A stretch of DNA of 32,000 nucleotides from an uncultured Oscillospiraceae bacterium (GCA_900759385.1 CAAEUZ010000090.1:12672-44671); one strand, 5' to 3'. Positions 9,748 to 18,390 are shown, counted from the first letter of the stretch. Notes: generated by a model from the letters alone, not told the origin. Made by a program: numbers and translations.

Positions 9748-9779
9748 TGACGCCGGGATCTGCACAGGTCCCGGCGTCA
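9748..9779 (+). terminator. Putative terminator after the zinc-ribbon ORF
   Basis: TGACGCCGGGA-10 nt-TCCCGGCGTCA stem. The T-run (TATTTT) is delayed by ~8 nt. Confidence 0.4.
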
Positions 9780-9790
9780 AAGCTGTATTT

Positions 9791-9833
9791 TGAAAACAAA
9801 GAAGCTCTGAAACCAAATGGCTTCAGAGCTTCT
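9791..9833 (-). terminator. Rho-independent terminator of the tRNA operon
   Basis: On the minus strand: AGAAGCTCTGAA-loop-TTCAGAGCTTCT followed by TTGTTTTCA, starting 2 nt after tRNA-Thr. Confidence 0.8.
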
Positions 9834-9834
9834 C

Positions 9835-9910
<76 letters not shown>

Positions 9911-9944
9911 ATACTTTACCCCACGGGGTTTAACCCGTGGGGTG

Positions 9945-10021
9945 TGGCGACCGAGAAGGGACTTGAACCCTCGGCCTCTAGCGTGACAGGCTAGCGTTCT
10001 AACCGACTGAACTACTCGGCC
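9945..10021 (-). tRNA. tRNA-Asp (anticodon GTC), CCA encoded
   Basis: Hand-folded cloverleaf: acceptor GGCCGAG/CTCGGTC (one G-U), anticodon stem CTAGC/GCTAG with loop CTGTCAC, T arm GAGGG-TTCAAGT-CCCTT. Confidence 0.93.
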
Positions 10022-10056
10022 ACATTCATTCGCTCGCTCCCGCAAGCGGCTTTTGT

Positions 10057-10085
10057 AATATACCAAACTCTTTTGCATTTGTCAA
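10057..10085 (-). promoter_or_regulatory. Strong sigma-A promoter for the tRNA-Asp/Thr operon
   Basis: On the minus strand: TTGACA, 17 nt, TATATT, with an A/T-rich UP-like tract upstream. It lies ~35 nt before tRNA-Asp. Confidence 0.75.
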
Positions 10086-10121
10086 TAGGTATTTTAAAAA
10101 AATCTTGTTTTTTCTCTGACC

Positions 10122-10150
10122 TTGCCTCAGGGGCTCGCATGTGGTAAAAT
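10122..10150 (+). promoter_or_regulatory. Promoter for the secreted NodB-like protein gene
   Basis: TTGCCT, 17 nt, extended -10 TGgTAAAAT. Confidence 0.55.
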
Positions 10151-10178
10151 CAAGTCAGTTATCCCCGGGAGGTGTGCG

Positions 10179-11231
10179 ATGAAAAAAGCCGTATGTGTCA
10201 TGCTCGTACTGCTGCTGGCTCTCCTGCCGCTGGCGGCCTTCGCGGCGGACTCCTACGTGTGCTTCATAGCGCTGAACGAGAGCCTTCTGCCGCTGAGCAG
10301 CCAGGCATATTCGCAGGGCGGGCAGTACTATGTGCCCATAGGCGTGTTCAGCGAGTTCCACCTGTACAAAGACTATCACGCGACATCCAATACGGCCAGA
10401 CTCTATTCGTCGTCCACGCAGATGTTCTTCAACGTGGCCACCGGCGAGACCTATGACGCCAACTATAACTACTATACCTCCAGCGCCATAATGCGCGGCG
10501 GCACAGTCTACGTACCGGTGGATTTTGTCTGCCGCCAGTTCGGCCTCTCCTGGTCGTACATACGCGGCAGCGGCTACGGCGACGTGTGCCGTATCACCAA
10601 CGGCTCCGCCGCGCTGACGGACGAACAGTTCCTCATCGCCGCCCGGCCGCTCATGGCCAGCCGCTACGCTGAGTACACCGGCTCCGTCCTCTCCCCCAGC
10701 GTTGACTCCGGGGACACCGAGGATGCTGAGAGCGTCATTTTCCTCTCTTTCCAGGGCCTGCCCAGCATGGAGATACTGGACACGCTGGAGACCTACAGCA
10801 TCAAGGCTGCCTTCTTCGTAACCGCCGACGACATACTTGAGAGCCCGGAGACCATCCGCCGCATCGTCGGGCAGGGCCACAATATAGGCGCGCTCTGCTC
10901 CGCCGCCCCGGCCTCCGATTTCACCGAGGTCTCCGACCTGCTCTGGGAGGCCGCCAGCGTCTCAACCGTAATGCTGGCCTCCCCCTCACGCGAGTACGAC
11001 GCCGCCTGCGACACATACGCCTTCTCCGCCGGCCTTGTCTTCTGCGACTACACCATAGGCGGCAGCATGAGCTCCGCCTCCGTTTCCGAGGCCCTGTCCG
11101 GCAGCCGTTCGCCCATCATGTACCTGCGCCTCCAGTGCGGGCGCACCACCGAATCCAGCCTTAACAGCATAATAACCATGCTCATAAACGGCAGCGTGAT
11201 TCTCGCCGCCTGTGAGACCAGCGAGCCGTAG
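10179..11231 (+). CDS. Secreted protein: signal peptide, copper-amine-oxidase-N-like (stalk) domain, and a polysaccharide-deacetylase (NodB)-like domain with degenerate catalytic motifs
   Basis: MKKAVCVMLVLLLALLPLAAFA signal peptide, with GGGAGGTG SD. The C-terminal half has NodB-like IKAAFFVTADD and GQGHNIG segments. Confidence 0.75.
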   Translation: MKKAVCVMLVLLLALLPLAAFAADSYVCFIALNESLLPLSSQAYSQGGQYYVPIGVFSEFHLYKDYHATSNTARLYSSSTQMFFNVATGETYDANYNYYTSSAIMRGGTVYVPVDFVCRQFGLSWSYIRGSGYGDVCRITNGSAALTDEQFLIAARPLMASRYAEYTGSVLSPSVDSGDTEDAESVIFLSFQGLPSMEILDTLETYSIKAAFFVTADDILESPETIRRIVGQGHNIGALCSAAPASDFTEVSDLLWEAASVSTVMLASPSREYDAACDTYAFSAGLVFCDYTIGGSMSSASVSEALSGSRSPIMYLRLQCGRTTESSLNSIITMLINGSVILAACETSEP

Positions 11232-11262
11232 CGCCTTGCGCGCTCCACAGCGCAGAAACACC

Positions 11263-11300
11263 AGAGCCGCCGATTTCCTATCGGCGGCTCTTCGCTTTAT
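11263..11300 (+). terminator. Rho-independent terminator
   Basis: AGAGCCGCCGA-tttccta-TCGGCGGCTCT followed by TCGCTTTATT. Confidence 0.75.
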
Positions 11301-11306
11301 TGGCTG

Positions 11307-11335
11307 TTGACACGGGGCACTTTATGGGCTATACT
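11307..11335 (+). promoter_or_regulatory. Promoter of the marR-MATE operon
   Basis: TTGACA, 17 nt, TATACT. Confidence 0.65.
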
Positions 11336-11382
11336 GCAACAGTCCTGTTTGGGACTAATTATTTGTCAAACGGAGGCACCGT

Positions 11383-11847
11383 ATGCGAACGCCGGAAAAC
11401 GATCTGAGACGCCTGAGAGAGTATTACAGCCTCTGGCACGACACCGTTATACTATACGAGAACTGGGCCCGACTCCACGGGCTGACATATAACAGCCTCA
11501 CCGTACTGCTCGCCATATCCGGAGGCGAAGACAGCCCCTGCACGCAGAAGTCCATAGCCGAGCGCCACGCCCTGCCCAAGCAGACGGTCAACAACATTCT
11601 GAAGGAGTTCCGCGTACAGGGACTGCTTGAACTGGTGCCCGTAGACACCGACCGGCGCAACAAAGAGATCGTGCTCACGGACCGCGGCCGCGTGTTTTCC
11701 GCGCAGGTGCTCGGCGAGCTGCAGGAGGTTGAGCTCTCCGCCGTGGGTGAAATGGACGAGGGCAAAATGGAGGCCATGATTGAGGGCATGGAGCTGTTCT
11801 GCCATCACTTCAGGAAGGGCATGGAGGCTGCGGATGGCTCTCTGTAA
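11383..11847 (+). CDS. MarR-family transcriptional regulator
   Basis: Winged-helix core SLTVLLAI...QKSIAERHALPKQTVNNILKEFRVQGLLELVPVDTDRRNKEIVLTDRG. Confidence 0.88.
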   Translation: MRTPENDLRRLREYYSLWHDTVILYENWARLHGLTYNSLTVLLAISGGEDSPCTQKSIAERHALPKQTVNNILKEFRVQGLLELVPVDTDRRNKEIVLTDRGRVFSAQVLGELQEVELSAVGEMDEGKMEAMIEGMELFCHHFRKGMEAADGSL

Positions 11848-13147
11848 GGAATTTTTCAGCTATGTGATCCCCTCCCTGCTGGCGTTCGCCCTGTCCGGCG
11901 TCTACTCCATAGTAGACGGATTTTTCGTCGGGCACAGCATCGGCGACGCCGGGCTTACTACCATAAACATAGCATACCCCGTCGTCGCCTTCCTCCAGGC
12001 CGCCGGTACCGGTATCGGCATGGGCGGCGCCGTGCATTATTCCATCCGCCGCGCCGAGGGCAGGCAGGCGGAGGCAGAGCTGTATGCCGGCGGCATAATG
12101 CTGCTGCTGTTGCTGTCATCCATAGTATCCACCGTCTTTTTTTATTGCGCCATACCCTATATTCTGCAGCTGCTGGGCGCTGCCGGGGATATACTTGTCC
12201 TGGGCACCGATTACCTGGAGGTCATCGTGCTCGGCTCCGTGTTCCAGATATTCGGTACCGGCCTGGCGCCGCTGATCCGCAACATGGGCGGCGCACTCTT
12301 CGCCATGTCCATCATGGTGGCCGGTTTCCTGGCCAACATCCTGCTCGACTACGTATTCGTCTGGGTTATGGACACCGGCGTAGTGGGAGCCGCCATAGCC
12401 ACCGTGCTCGGGCAGGCCGTGACCATGCTGGGCGGGCTGATATACTTCCTGCGCCGCTCATCAGGCCGGCCCGGCATGCGCGCTCTGCTCCCGCGCAGGG
12501 GCACCGCCGGGACCATGCCCGGCATCCTCAAAGTAGGACTGTCCCCCTTCGGCATAACCTTTTCCAATAACATCACCGTCATCCTGATGAACCGCTTCCT
12601 CATCAGCTACGGCGGCAACCAGGCCGCGGCGTGCTATGCCTGCATCGTCTATGTCATAGTTGTAGTGTACCTGCTGCTCCAGGGCGTGGGCGACGGCTGC
12701 CAGCCGCTGGTCAGCAGATATTACGGCGTGCGCGATTTCCAGCTGATGAAAAAGACCAGAAACCTGGCTTACATAAGCGGGATGGCCATCTCCGCCGTCT
12801 GCATGGTGCTTCTCTTCCTCTGCCGCTATCAGGCCGGCGGCCTGTTCGGCTCCTCCGACAGCGTGCGCATCGAGACCGGAAACGTGCTGCCCTACTTTAT
12901 CGCCGGGCTGCCGTTCTTCGCCTTCCTGCGCGTCACCACGTCCGTGTTCTACGCGACCAAGCGTACGGCCATGTCGTACATCCTCGTGTACATCGAGCCG
13001 GCCTTCCTCCTGGTTTTGCTGCTCACCCTCCCCCCTGTCCTGGGCCTGCCCGGCGTGTGGCTGGGAATACCTCTTTCCCAGGGCCTGACCGCCGCAGTCG
13101 CGCTGATCCTGCCGAAGCTCAGGCCTAAAACGGATGACAGCCGGTAA
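11834..13147 (+). CDS. MATE-family efflux transporter
   Basis: About 12 TM helices with the MATE N-terminus KEFFSYVIPSLLAFALSGVYSIVDGFFVG. The ATG at 11834 has GGAGG 6 nt upstream and overlaps the marR end by 14 nt. Confidence 0.88.
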   Translation: MALCKEFFSYVIPSLLAFALSGVYSIVDGFFVGHSIGDAGLTTINIAYPVVAFLQAAGTGIGMGGAVHYSIRRAEGRQAEAELYAGGIMLLLLLSSIVSTVFFYCAIPYILQLLGAAGDILVLGTDYLEVIVLGSVFQIFGTGLAPLIRNMGGALFAMSIMVAGFLANILLDYVFVWVMDTGVVGAAIATVLGQAVTMLGGLIYFLRRSSGRPGMRALLPRRGTAGTMPGILKVGLSPFGITFSNNITVILMNRFLISYGGNQAAACYACIVYVIVVVYLLLQGVGDGCQPLVSRYYGVRDFQLMKKTRNLAYISGMAISAVCMVLLFLCRYQAGGLFGSSDSVRIETGNVLPYFIAGLPFFAFLRVTTSVFYATKRTAMSYILVYIEPAFLLVLLLTLPPVLGLPGVWLGIPLSQGLTAAVALILPKLRPKTDDSR

Positions 13148-13246
13148 TCCAGCCACAGTCTTAATACAAAGCCGAACCTGGAGGGCGCCGACTACAGGGG
13201 CAGCGAGGCTGTCCGCGATCACCTGCAGCGGAAGCTGTTCCCGCCC

Positions 13247-13669
13247 ATGGCCTGCTACAAGGCCCTGTGCGAGCGCGGCGCACCCGCAGAACAGGCGCTG
13301 GAGTATGTCAGGCAGGAGACACGCAAAAGCGCGCTGGCAAAGCGCGGCGAGATGAAAAAGCTGGCGGGTATACCCTTTGCATACACCATGTACCGCCTGG
13401 GCGTCAAAAAACACATGGCGAAGAATTTCCCGGACGCCGGCTGGGAGACCGAATGGGTCCGGTGCGACGGCAGGGAGATACATTTTAACCTCCACCGCTG
13501 CATTTACTGGGAGCTCACCAGGCAGTACGGCTGCCCCGAGCTCTGCTGCGTGTACTGCGAAAACGACGACATCGCCTTTTCCGGCCTGCTGCCCAAAATA
13601 CGCTTTGAACGGAGCGGCACCCTGGGCAGCGGCGCTGCGTACTGTGACTTCCACTTTATAAAGGCGTAA
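13247..13669 (+). CDS. L-2-amino-thiazoline-4-carboxylic acid hydrolase-family protein, apparently N-terminally short
   Basis: The C-terminal Cys cluster CPELCCVYCENDDIAF...YCDFHF is typical of the ATC_hydrolase family. The reading frame stays open and protein-like for 33 codons upstream, back to the MATE stop codon. Confidence 0.6.
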   Translation: MACYKALCERGAPAEQALEYVRQETRKSALAKRGEMKKLAGIPFAYTMYRLGVKKHMAKNFPDAGWETEWVRCDGREIHFNLHRCIYWELTRQYGCPELCCVYCENDDIAFSGLLPKIRFERSGTLGSGAAYCDFHFIKA

Positions 13670-13778
13670 GCGCCTATCGCCCATGCCGCCGTGGGTAACA
13701 TCCAGCGCGGCATCCGGAACATACAGCACAGACCGTACTTATTGCCCGGTCGAAAACTCCACGTACCAGACCGACTGC

Positions 13779-13816
13779 AAAAAGCGCCCCCTCTGACTCC
13801 CGTCAGAGGGGGCGCT
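13779..13816 (-). terminator. Rho-independent terminator of the SLH-protein gene
   Basis: On the minus strand: AGCGCCCCCTCTGAC-ggga-GTCAGAGGGGGCGCT (15-bp perfect stem) followed by TTTTTG. Confidence 0.85.
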
Positions 13817-13831
13817 GCCTGCGCGCAAAGC

Positions 13832-16800
13832 TTATTTCACGTTCTCACAGAACCGCTGAAGCATCGCCGCCGCCTGGGCCCTGGTCGCAGTGCCCTGCGG
13901 CACCAGCGTGGACTCCGTTACACCGGTGATGACGCCCTCGCCGCAAGCCCACTGCAGTGCGGACACGGCGTACTCGCTCACAGCGTCAAAGTCCGTAAAG
14001 CTGAGTATGTTAGTGCTCTCGCCTATAGACACGTCATAGCCCTTGTACTGCGCGTAGCGGTACAGAATCGCCGCGAACTGCTCACGGGTCACATCAGCGC
14101 CTGGCGCAAACTCCGTGTCGCTCACGCCGTTGACGATGCCCTCGCTGGCCGCCCAGCGGACGGCCTCGGTGTACCACTCGCCCTCCGCCACGTCGGTGAA
14201 CGGCAGCAGGTAATTCACCGCCGGCCCGCCGTCCAGGCGCCAGAGGATGGTCACCAGCTGTGCGCGGGTGACGGTGCCGTCCGGCGCAAAGCGCGCATCG
14301 CTCACGCCGTCCATCAGGCCGTTCTCGTAAACGTACACCACGCAGTCATAGAACCAGTCGCCGCTGTCCGCGTCGTCGAACGGCTCCCAGCCGGCGTAGA
14401 CGGTTTTGTCTTTGTCCATGTAAATCTCGTCTATGCTGCCCGTGAAGTCCTCGTCCGGGTACCAGCCCGCGAAGTCAAAGCCGCTCCGCTCGCTCAGGTA
14501 CTCGGTCAAATCAACCGTGGTGCCGGCGGGCACGCGCAGCTTGTCCAGCTCGCTGCCGCCGCGCGGCTCAAAGGTCAGCGTGACATACCGCGTGCCGGTG
14601 CCGCCGCCGGGGTTCCACGGCCAGTCCGGGTCAGGGTCAGGATCGGGGTCGTCGGAGGCCACTTCGCTGTGGAAATAGAAGCCGGAATCGACCGATTTGG
14701 TCACATCCGTGCTCGTGCTGAAGGGCGAACCGTCGATTTCCGGCGCGGTCTGGGCGTCAACGCCCGACCAGGCCCTTATCTGCGTCTCCGCCGCAGGGTC
14801 GATTACAACGGTGCCGCCATTCAAATCCATGCTGCCGATCGCGCCGGTTATGGTCACCGTGCCGCCGGTAATCAGCACATCCGCGCTGCCGTTGGCGGAC
14901 GCGGCCATTGCCCCGGCAGAATTCGTGCCAGATGCCGTGTTGTGCAAAGCCAGGCCGTAGCTGGCCCGGGTATCCGGCGCACCGGTAAAGCTGCCGCCCT
15001 CGGCGGTAAGCTCTCCGCCATTGACGGTCAGCCCGGCTGCAGCGATGCCGACGCTGTTCGCGTTATCAGCGCCCGCGGCGGTCACTGTGCCGCTGTTGAC
15101 AATTACTCTGGACGCCGCCAAGATACCGACGCTGTTCTGCCCGGCCCCGCCGGCGGCATTCAGGCTGCCGGAACCGCTGACGGTTATATCGCCGCCGGCG
15201 TAGACGCCAAAGCTGAATGCTATTTCGTCCGTGCAGTCCGGCCCGGTGACGGTGTTCTCGCCGTTCAGCACTATTGTCAAACCGTTCTCACCGTAAATGG
15301 CCGCAGCTGCTTTGGTTTTATCATAACTATCATACTCAAACTTATGCCCGGCGGTGACGTTCACGCCGTTTAGCGTCAGCGCAGTGCCGTCCCATTTGAC
15401 GTTGTAGTTGCTCTCGTCGGCGCCATCGGCCGTGACGCTGCCGCTGCCGTCGTTAACAGCGTAAGCCGGCTCGCCATTAGCGCCGACGCTCAGTCCCACT
15501 CCGCCGACGTAGATGTCATAGTTGGTCGGAGGCTCGGGGCTGGGGCCTGACGCCCCTGTGCTGTGGAAGTATTTGGCGTCGGAGATGCGGTCGGTGATAT
15601 CGCCATCATCAGGAATGTCAATGCTTACCGTGTCGTTTGCGTTCTCTCCGGCCTCTACCGCGATCGCCAAGCCGTCCTCCGGGTTAATGACGACGCTGTT
15701 ATATGTGGCTATAGCAGCGTCTCTGCCCGTGGCCGTTACCTCGCCGCCGGAGATGGTGAGGTCATCTACATCGAGGCCGAAGCTCTCCTTACCCGTGCCT
15801 TTAGCCTCGCCTCCAGCAGCGTTGAGCATACCCCCGGAAATTTCAAGGTCCGCGTCGGCATAAATGCCGCTGCTGTAAGCGTAGCTGCCGCTCCCGGCAG
15901 CGGTAGCATCACCGCCAGTGGCCGTTACCTTGCCGCCGGAGATGGTGACATCAACGGCGTTAATACCCTCACTGCAGGCGTCTGCACCTTCGCCGTTGGC
16001 TGTGGCCGAGCCGCCCTCGGCCGTTACCTCACCGTCGGTGATTTTGATTTCAAAAGCATTAATACCATAGCTTTCCGCGTCATTGCTGCCGGACGTGGCC
16101 GTGCCGCCCTTGGCCGTTACCTCACCGTCGGTGATTTTGATTTCAAAAGCATTAATACCATAGCTTTTCGCGTCATGGCTGACGGACGTGGCCGTGCCGC
16201 CGGTGACGTTCAGTGTGCCGCCGCCGGAGATGGTGAACATGGTATTTACCTCACCGCGGATGCCGTAGCTCCAGCCATCCTGCGTGTTGCTCGGCCCGGT
16301 GACGGTGTTCTCGCCCACCAGCACAATGGAAACGCTGTCATCCGGCTCAGAACTGCTCAGCCACGTGTAGATAGCGGCGCTTTTATACGCGCCCTGCGTT
16401 ATTTTCGCGTTGTTCAGCGTCAGGGTGCTGCCGTCCCACTTGATGTTGTAGTTGTCGTCATCCGGCACAGTCTCAAGGAGGTGCACCTCGCCGTTGACCG
16501 TTGTCGCGTAAGCGGGAGCATCCTCGCTGCCGCTCAGGCCCACGCCGCCAACGTAGATTTCATGCTCGGGCAGAGTAATGGTGATTTTTAGGTATTTATC
16601 TGTACGATTTTCATAGTCACCTTCATCTTTGACTTCAATCGCACCCAAGCCGCCCTTATTCTCGCCAGCCATGACCTCAACTTCCGCGACCGTGGCGGCG
16701 GGATAAATTCTGTAGTTGTCATTGCCGGTGTTAACGCCAACGGCCTGAGTCCCGCCCCAAGCTGTGACCGTACCGCCGGATATGCTGACACCTGCATTAA

Positions 16801-17851
16801 AGCTGTTTCCACAGAGGCCGTAGCTTTTTGCGCCGTCCGTGACTTCGCCGCCCGTGGCCGTGACCGTGCCGCCCGTGGCCGTGACCTCGCCGCCGGATAT
16901 GCTGATACCGGTAGGCACACCTCCGCTGCTGCCGTAGATGCCGCAGCTGACAGCTTCGTCCGATGAGACCTTTCCGCCCGTGGCTGTGACGTTGCCGCCG
17001 GTGATGGTCACTCCGGTTTTGCCACTTTCATCTTTAACGGTTTTATATGTGCCGCAGATGCCGTAGCTGCTGCCGCCGGCCTCGCCGCCGATCGCTTCGA
17101 CCGTACCGCCGCTTATGTTGACGCTGCCATCATCTGCACAGATGCCGCAGCTGTCGCCGCCGGCCTCGCTGCCCGTCGCTTCGACCGTACCGCCGCTTAT
17201 GGTGACGATGCCTTCATATGCTTGGATGCCGTAGCTGCTGCCGCCGGCCTCGCCGCCGGTCGCGGTGACGTCGGCATCCTCAACTGTTACATCACCGCCC
17301 GCATAGATGCCATAGCTGGATTTATATTCGGCCTCGCCGCCGCGGGCGGTGACGGTGGCACCCTCAACTGTGACATTACCGCCCGCGTAAATGCCATAGC
17401 TGGCGTCATCTATGGCATTACCGCCGCTGACCGCCAAAGTTCCGCTGCCGCTTATGGTGATGTCGCCTTTAGATTCAATGCCGCGGCTGCTCCCGGGAGA
17501 GTTCGTTCTGGTAACAGTATTGGCGCCCATCAGCTCAATCTTCAGGTTGCCGGTGCAGGAGATGGCAGCTCTGCTATCAACACCCTCATCGTATATAATT
17601 TTCGCACCGTTGAGCGTCAGAGTCTCGCCGTCCCACCTGATGTTCCAAGGGTCTGTGTCGGGATTAATAGGGGTAATTGCACCCGTTTCCGCGTCCGTCG
17701 TGGCGTAGGCAGGATTGTCCTTGCTGCCCGGCACATAATATCCGCCGATTGAGATAGACACCCCATCCTCATCCGCCGCCAATGCAGCTGCGGGGAGCAG
17801 AGACACTATCAGGCACAGGCACATAAGCGCCGCGAAAAGTCGTTTTCTCAT
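13832..17851 (-). CDS. 1339-aa cell-surface protein: signal peptide, three super-modules of Gly-rich beta-helix-like repeats, a DP-repeat linker, a Listeria-Bacteroides (Flg_new) repeat, and three C-terminal SLH domains
   Basis: MRKRLFAALMCLCLIVSLLPAAALA signal peptide. There are many GGxAxxxSYGI repeats. The Flg_new-like segment is YVTLTFEPRGGSELD...FAGWY, and three FTD...W(Y)...GI..G SLH units follow. SD GGAGGAGGA upstream. Confidence 0.9.
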   Translation of the reverse strand: MRKRLFAALMCLCLIVSLLPAAALAADEDGVSISIGGYYVPGSKDNPAYATTDAETGAITPINPDTDPWNIRWDGETLTLNGAKIIYDEGVDSRAAISCTGNLKIELMGANTVTRTNSPGSSRGIESKGDITISGSGTLAVSGGNAIDDASYGIYAGGNVTVEGATVTARGGEAEYKSSYGIYAGGDVTVEDADVTATGGEAGGSSYGIQAYEGIVTISGGTVEATGSEAGGDSCGICADDGSVNISGGTVEAIGGEAGGSSYGICGTYKTVKDESGKTGVTITGGNVTATGGKVSSDEAVSCGIYGSSGGVPTGISISGGEVTATGGTVTATGGEVTDGAKSYGLCGNSFNAGVSISGGTVTAWGGTQAVGVNTGNDNYRIYPAATVAEVEVMAGENKGGLGAIEVKDEGDYENRTDKYLKITITLPEHEIYVGGVGLSGSEDAPAYATTVNGEVHLLETVPDDDNYNIKWDGSTLTLNNAKITQGAYKSAAIYTWLSSSEPDDSVSIVLVGENTVTGPSNTQDGWSYGIRGEVNTMFTISGGGTLNVTGGTATSVSHDAKSYGINAFEIKITDGEVTAKGGTATSGSNDAESYGINAFEIKITDGEVTAEGGSATANGEGADACSEGINAVDVTISGGKVTATGGDATAAGSGSYAYSSGIYADADLEISGGMLNAAGGEAKGTGKESFGLDVDDLTISGGEVTATGRDAAIATYNSVVINPEDGLAIAVEAGENANDTVSIDIPDDGDITDRISDAKYFHSTGASGPSPEPPTNYDIYVGGVGLSVGANGEPAYAVNDGSGSVTADGADESNYNVKWDGTALTLNGVNVTAGHKFEYDSYDKTKAAAAIYGENGLTIVLNGENTVTGPDCTDEIAFSFGVYAGGDITVSGSGSLNAAGGAGQNSVGILAASRVIVNSGTVTAAGADNANSVGIAAAGLTVNGGELTAEGGSFTGAPDTRASYGLALHNTASGTNSAGAMAASANGSADVLITGGTVTITGAIGSMDLNGGTVVIDPAAETQIRAWSGVDAQTAPEIDGSPFSTSTDVTKSVDSGFYFHSEVASDDPDPDPDPDWPWNPGGGTGTRYVTLTFEPRGGSELDKLRVPAGTTVDLTEYLSERSGFDFAGWYPDEDFTGSIDEIYMDKDKTVYAGWEPFDDADSGDWFYDCVVYVYENGLMDGVSDARFAPDGTVTRAQLVTILWRLDGGPAVNYLLPFTDVAEGEWYTEAVRWAASEGIVNGVSDTEFAPGADVTREQFAAILYRYAQYKGYDVSIGESTNILSFTDFDAVSEYAVSALQWACGEGVITGVTESTLVPQGTATRAQAAAMLQRFCENVK
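16021..16206. repeat. Two tandem 93-nt (31-codon) units inside the SLH-protein gene
   Basis: 16021..16113 and 16114..16206 are identical over the first ~55 nt and differ at only ~3 positions over ~88 nt. They encode ...SYGINAFEIKITDGEVTA(K/E)GG... Confidence 0.9.
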
Positions 17852-18174
17852 TTTCCGTTTTCCTCCTCCAGGTCTTGCCTTTTTTCTCTATTCCGGTACT
17901 TCATGCACAGCGCCGTGACTATCACCGCCACGGTGAATGACACGACGCCGACCAGTACGTAGCCTCCCGCGCCGTCATACAGCAGCATGGTGCCGTACAT
18001 CCCCTGCTCCATGGCCGGCGCACCGCCCGTCACCGCACTCAGCGCCCTGACAAGCGACGCCGCCAAAAGCAGACACAGAGCGGACAGCGCCCCGATGGCG
18101 CGTTTTTCCCGCCTGCGCCGCAGCTGCCGTACGCGCACCTTCACCCGGGCTACCCGGGCCGACGTGTCGTACAT
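17848..18174 (-). CDS. Small basic membrane protein (2 predicted TM helices), translationally coupled to the SLH-protein gene
   Basis: GGGAAGGAGG SD. The stop overlaps the downstream ATG (ATGA at 17848..17851). Arg-rich N-terminus followed by hydrophobic helices. Confidence 0.65.
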   Translation of the reverse strand: MYDTSARVARVKVRVRQLRRRREKRAIGALSALCLLLAASLVRALSAVTGGAPAMEQGMYGTMLLYDGAGGYVLVGVVSFTVAVIVTALCMKYRNREKRQDLEEENGK

Positions 18175-18284
18175 CCATGTGACCTCCTTCCCGAAATGGT
18201 TCTGTTACTATAGGTACATTTGCCGGGGAAAACTCTCAGTCCGGACAGAAATTTTTTTAAAAAACTTTTGCGCCGCCCTCCGGC

Positions 18285-18325
18285 CCGGAAAAACCGCGGG
18301 CCCCTTTTGTGGCGCGGCCCGCGGA
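18285..18325 (-). terminator. Second minus-strand terminator downstream of the ancestral guaA position
   Basis: On the minus strand: CCGCGGGCC-loop-GGCCCGCGG followed by TTTTTCC. Confidence 0.6.
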
Positions 18326-18390
18326 CGTGACGGTTAGCTTCCTCCCCCCCAGTTCATCCGCCTCCGCCCACCACCGCCAGCAGCCAGCCC

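Noticed and set aside
12461-13729. 422-aa minus-strand ORF
   Set aside because: It is antisense to the MATE transporter and the ATC-hydrolase genes, and has no recognisable motifs or SD.
13691-16591. + strand ORFs of 560 aa (13691..15373) and 342 aa (15563..16591)
   Set aside because: They are antisense to the SLH-protein gene, whose signal peptide, SLH domains, SD and terminator are all coherent. The translations are Arg/Ala/Gly-rich low-complexity sequence.
15800-17300. Regularly spaced short repeats that could be mistaken for a CRISPR-like array
   Set aside because: They are in frame within the SLH-protein gene and encode GGxAxxxSYGI protein repeats. Repeat lengths and spacings vary (21, 78, 93 nt) and no cas genes are present.
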